DNA of 64,000 nucleotides from Octopus vulgaris (Eukaryota): NCBI GenBank assembly GCA_951406725.2, contig OX597821.1, positions 114,638,001 to 114,702,000 of the forward strand, read 5' to 3'. Shown piece by piece: positions 59,786 to 64,000 of this stretch (position 1 is its first letter; each line of letters starts with the position of its first letter). The notes under the pieces were generated by a model. It saw only the letters and a program-made list of their open reading frames with translations, ran no database searches and was not told where the DNA came from. The position numbers and the translations under genes were made by a program.

Positions 59786-60115
59786 CTTACTCATACCCAT
59801 ACTCGAGATGTGCCGAAGATTTTCTATTTTGGATATATTTGGGGTACTTAGGTCTGCTCAGGACTTAGTGCTTGCTTTTCCCATGAGTATGAGTAAGTAT
59901 TTCATTTATGTCTTACGTATTTATCGCTGAGGAGGAGAAAATTCTTACGAATTAACTCTGAAATTGGGACAAATACGGCAATAACGGAATTCTTTAGAAA
60001 TTTCTATCGGCTTGTTTCGAGACGCATGTTAATAGTGATAAATTATTATTGACAATTTGTCTATTTTCGGTATGTTTGGCATTAGATTTTTTTTCTTTTG
60101 CCCTTATTTTACAAG

Positions 60116-60229
<114 letters not shown>

Positions 60230-60456
60230 ATATTTTCTATCCTGACTTGTTTTTTCATATATATCAACTCGTGTGTTCCTTCCTTATACATATCATTAAC
60301 CCAAGCGAGATACAGAAAATGCCGAGAAAAACAGACACAATCACTTCCATAAATGATTTAATTGTTACAGTTGAAAAGGTCTCAAATGACTGAAACTGGT
60401 ACTGAAATGTTCTTTATAAAATTATTTTAGCATTTTCTCTCCTGACTTGTTTTATC

Positions 60457-60457
<1 letters not shown>

Positions 60458-60525
<68 letters not shown>

Positions 60526-60543
60526 CATACATATATGCATGTA

Positions 60544-60614
<71 letters not shown>

Positions 60615-61680
60615 ATACGAAGGACAAGCAGAAGCGACGCCGCTAGGAATGTTTTGTCATGCCAATAGTAAACAGGTTTGATATGTGACACTGTTTACTT
60701 TAACTGGTGACAGGCAGAGACAGAGCATCGTCACTGTAAAGGCCGCCGATATCAGGAGTTCTTGACCGTGTTTATTGTTGGCAACATAAATTAAAAGTGA
60801 ACAATGTACGTATAAGACTGTTGGGGGAGGGGTGGGGTGAAAGTGAGAGGGTGAGAGTAAAGAAAGAAGAGAAAAAGGTAGGAAGGAAAACAGAAAGGAA
60901 AGAAGGCAATAAGAATGCAAAAAGTATACAAGAGTGACAGAGAACGAAAAAAAACAAATGAAAGAGCAAAAAGGAAGGAAGGAACGAACGAACGAACGAA
61001 GGTGGGGAGAAAGGAAGGAAGGAAGGAACGTGGGAAGGAAGGAAGGAAGGAAGGAAGGAAGGAAGAATGAAAGAAAGGATGGTGGAAAGGAAGGAAGAAA
61101 GGAAGGAAGAAAGAAAGGAAGGAAGAAAGAAAGGAGGGAAGGAAAGAAGGAAGGAGGGAAGGAGGGAAGGAAGGAAGAAAACAAAAGAGAGAGAAAAAAA
61201 CAAAGCAAAGTAAAAACGAAAGAAAGAAAAAAAGAATGAAAGAAAGAGCAAAAGGAAAAAGAAAGAAAAGAAAGGAAAAACGGAAGGAAGAAAGACGGAA
61301 AGACAGATGGAACGAAGGGAAGGAGGGAAGGAGGGAGGGAGGAAGGAAGGAATGAATGAAGGAAGGAAGGAAGGAAGGAAGGAAGGAAGGAAGGAAGATA
61401 ATAGAATCGATCCGTTGAACATTTTGAGATGATCGGTTTTCTATTTCCTGATAATATAAAGAATTTTGTAGACACACGCACACGCACATACACAAAAAAA
61501 CACGCACACTCTTACAAACACACATCAAACACACACATACACACACGCACACACACACACACACACAAACACACAAAAACACACACAAACACACACACAC
61601 GCGAACACACACACACACACACAAACACACAAAAACACACACAAACACACACACACGAACACACATGCATGCGTACACAC
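60458..61680. repeat. Low-complexity block: (CA)n-(TA)n-(TG)n, (GGAA)n purine tract, degenerate (CA)n
   Basis: Directly visible. Confidence 0.9.
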
Positions 61681-61860
61681 ACTTTCATATAAGCACACGT
61701 CGTGCAATTCGCATACTCACAAACCCCAAGAACTGTCTTGACCCTTACACAGAAGGGCCTTGCCATTTTGTTAGTGTCAGGCTTACATTCTACAAAGGAG
61801 AGGGAAAAAACTTGAATAAACCTTTTATAATACAAAGTTTTTAGATATATATATATATAT

Positions 61861-62265
61861 AGGCGCAGGAGTGGCTGTGTGATAAGTAGATTGTTTACCA
61901 ACCACATGGTTCCGGGTTCATTCCACTGCATGGCACTTTGGACAAGTGTCTTCTACTATAGCCTCTGGCCGACCAAAGCTTTGTGAGTGGATTTGGTAGA
62001 CGGAAACTGAAAGAAGCCCGTCTTACATACATACATACATATATGTGTGTGTGTTTGTGTTTGTCCCCCCACCATCGCTTAACAACCGATGTTGGTGTGT
62101 TTACATCCCTGTAATCTAGTGGTTCGGCAAAAGATACCGATAGAATAAGTACTAGGCTTACAAAGAATAAGTCCTGGGGGTCAATTTGTTCGACTAAAGG
62201 CGGTGCTCCAGCGTGGCCACAGTCAAATGACTGAAACAAATAAAAGATTAAAAGAATAAAAGAAT
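61861..62265 (+). mobile_element. Full-length SINE family 2 copy
   Basis: AGGCGCAGGAGTGGCTGTGTG..GGTTCCGGGTTCA head through ..ATGACTGAAACAAATAAAAGA tail. Confidence 0.85.
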
Positions 62266-62414
62266 AGAACCAGGTCAAGATCCATGGATGCCCTGAACAC
62301 TTAAAAGATTACGCTACCCTCATAAATATGTAATTGAAAATATATGCAAGACGGTGCTCCAGCATGGCCGCAGTCAAATTACTAAAACAAGTAAAAGAAT
62401 AAATGATAGAATTA

Positions 62415-62797
62415 TCTCTCTCTATATAAACGGCAGTTTGTCTGTGCGTTTTCTGTGTGTCTGTTTTCTCGTACCCTCACTCTGACCACGGCTTTCAACC
62501 GATTCTGATGAAACTTGACACATACATAGCCCAATGTCATAATTCAAAAGTAACGCAGCGAAAATTTTGAAAAGTTCCTCCAGTTCTGAAAAAATCGATA
62601 AATTCGACATGGGGTCGAGAATCAGAAACCCAAACCACAGACCGTCTAGGGGACGCAACTCCACCTTTTTTAAATCTCAAAAAAAATTTACCATCATTTT
62701 TTTTCCATTTTTTTGCTATTTTTTGGCTATAACTCTCTAAAAATGCTTTATAGTTATTTCCCTTACAAACCTGAGCAACGCCGGGCGATACTGCTAG
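62415..62797 (+). mobile_element. Non-autonomous Helitron
   Basis: A|TC start, CCTGAGCAACGCCGGG hairpin, CTAG|T end; 3' part shared with the elements at 23706 and 31493. Confidence 0.75.
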
Positions 62798-63229
62798 TCA
62801 ACCATAAAATAATTATTTCTTATTTTACAGAATTAAACAAAAGAAAACAGATGGAAAATAATGTTTATTTTTGTATACTTCCACTTTATATATATTTGAA
62901 GTTTTCTCCTAATTCTTTAATTACAAAGTCTTTCAATTGCAAAGATGCTCAGAACCAATATTTCGCAACATATCTGCTTCTATACTTAGCAGAGTTAAAG
63001 GCATCCTGGATATTATTTTAGCAAGTCTGAAGTGATTTCTTTTGTGCCGTAAACCATTTATTATTTCTGTGGTGCCCCGTCTTCCCTTGATGCTTTAAGC
63101 ACGTGCTTATTTTGCTTAATGGTTAATCCAGCGCTGGATGTACAGTTGTTGAATGTGTATATCTCCGTAACATTGTGTATATGTATATGTGTGATTCGTA
63201 TTTATATGTGTAAGTCTAATTATATGTGT

Positions 63230-63462
63230 AAGGCGGCGAGCTGGCAGAAACGTTACCACGCCGGGCGAAATGCGTAGCCGTATTTCGTCTGCCGTTACGT
63301 TCTGAGTTCAAATTCCGCCGAGGTCGACTCTGCCTTTCATCCTTTCGGGGTCGATAAATTAAGTACCAGTTACGCACTGGCGTCGATGTAATCGACTTAA
63401 TCCGCGTGTCTGTCCTTGTTTGTCCTCTCTGTGTTTAGCCCCTTGTGGGTAGTAAAGAAATA
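63230..63462 (+). mobile_element. Young full-length SINE family 1 copy with TSD
   Basis: Flanking duplication TATATGTGTAAG (63221-63232 / 63463-63474). Confidence 0.9.
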
Positions 63463-63811
63463 TATATGTGTAAGACTATGTTTATGCTTTGTGTATTTTT
63501 TGTATAGGCAGTGCTCCAGCATGGCCATAGTCAAATGACTCAAACAAGTCAAAGAACACGTATATAAACAAGTATGTCTGCAGTTCCCTATTTCCTTTAC
63601 GTTTCCAAAACAAACAAAATTACTACATTCATTTCTTTATACCTGTTAATGACACCTCATGTGGCATTACTTAAATAACATGTCTGTACTTTTAGCCCCG
63701 TCCATTTATATGAGAGGATCTCTCAAAGCGAACACCATTTAAATAATATTTTAGAATAATGTATTCAAAAGATTTGTATTTCAGTTCTATAAAAATAGGA
63801 AACGTACTTAC

Positions 63812-63913
63812 AACAAACAGCACAATTCTCAGAGCTGGACTGTAATATTGGTTACAGCTGCAAAAAATCAGAAAATCTCACAGTGGACTTTGAAAAGGTT
63901 TTTCACTGTGACT
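63812..63913 (-). other. Gene B exon 1 (non-coding 5' UTR)
   Basis: No ATG; donor GTT|GTAAGT (63811-63806); ~95% identical to 83-184. Confidence 0.65.
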
Positions 63914-63981
63914 AACATTTCTTTAACATTTTAACACATTTATAACTGGATAATTTTGGAGTTTATTACACATGACCCAAT
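63910..63981 (-). promoter_or_regulatory. Putative core promoter of gene B
   Basis: ATTGG (63981-63977), TATAAAT (63944-63938), Inr-like TTAGTC with its A 31 nt after the TATA start. Confidence 0.65.
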
Positions 63982-64000
63982 GAAAACATGACACGTATCA

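Noticed and set aside
59920-60040. Further hammerhead-like motif (CTGAGGA...GAGAC)
   Set aside because: Core and stems too degenerate to support.
60840-61400. Lys/Glu/Arg-rich and Phe/Ser/Leu-rich ORFs
   Set aside because: Translation of a (GGAA)n purine tract.
63230-63320. tRNA genes at SINE heads
   Set aside because: A/B-box-like motifs only, no cloverleaf evident, always attached to SINE bodies.

Overview
AT-rich, repeat-saturated animal genomic DNA; the SINE families and microsatellite load suggest an octopod cephalopod (inference). Almost all long ORFs in the track are artefacts of stop-free microsatellites. The main result is a pair of paralogous, convergent (tail-to-tail) four-exon genes spanning the whole window, which the ORF track shows only in fragments. 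Gene A (+): TATA 51-57, non-coding exon ~83-184, coding exons 22090-22294 and 30995-31039, last exon from 32777. Gene B (-): TATA 63944-63938, non-coding exon ~63913-63812, coding exons ~48007-47794 and 43893-43851, last exon from 42039. They encode 81 and 80 aa secreted cysteine-rich peptides (10 and 8 Cys) with a framework I cannot assign to a known family. The 5' UTR exon is ~95% identical and the signal peptide is conserved, but the mature peptides are only ~39% identical and differ by one cysteine pair, a pattern typical of venom, defence or pheromone peptide families. Introns and spacer hold a near-intact Tx1-clade LINE in a CT-rich site, a decayed RTE LINE, R4/Dong remnants in (TAA)n, a deleted mariner, non-autonomous Helitrons, MITEs, Penelope remnants with minimal hammerhead ribozymes, three SINE families and a 9.6 kb (CATA)n array with higher-order structure. 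All gene models were assembled by eye and lack transcript support.
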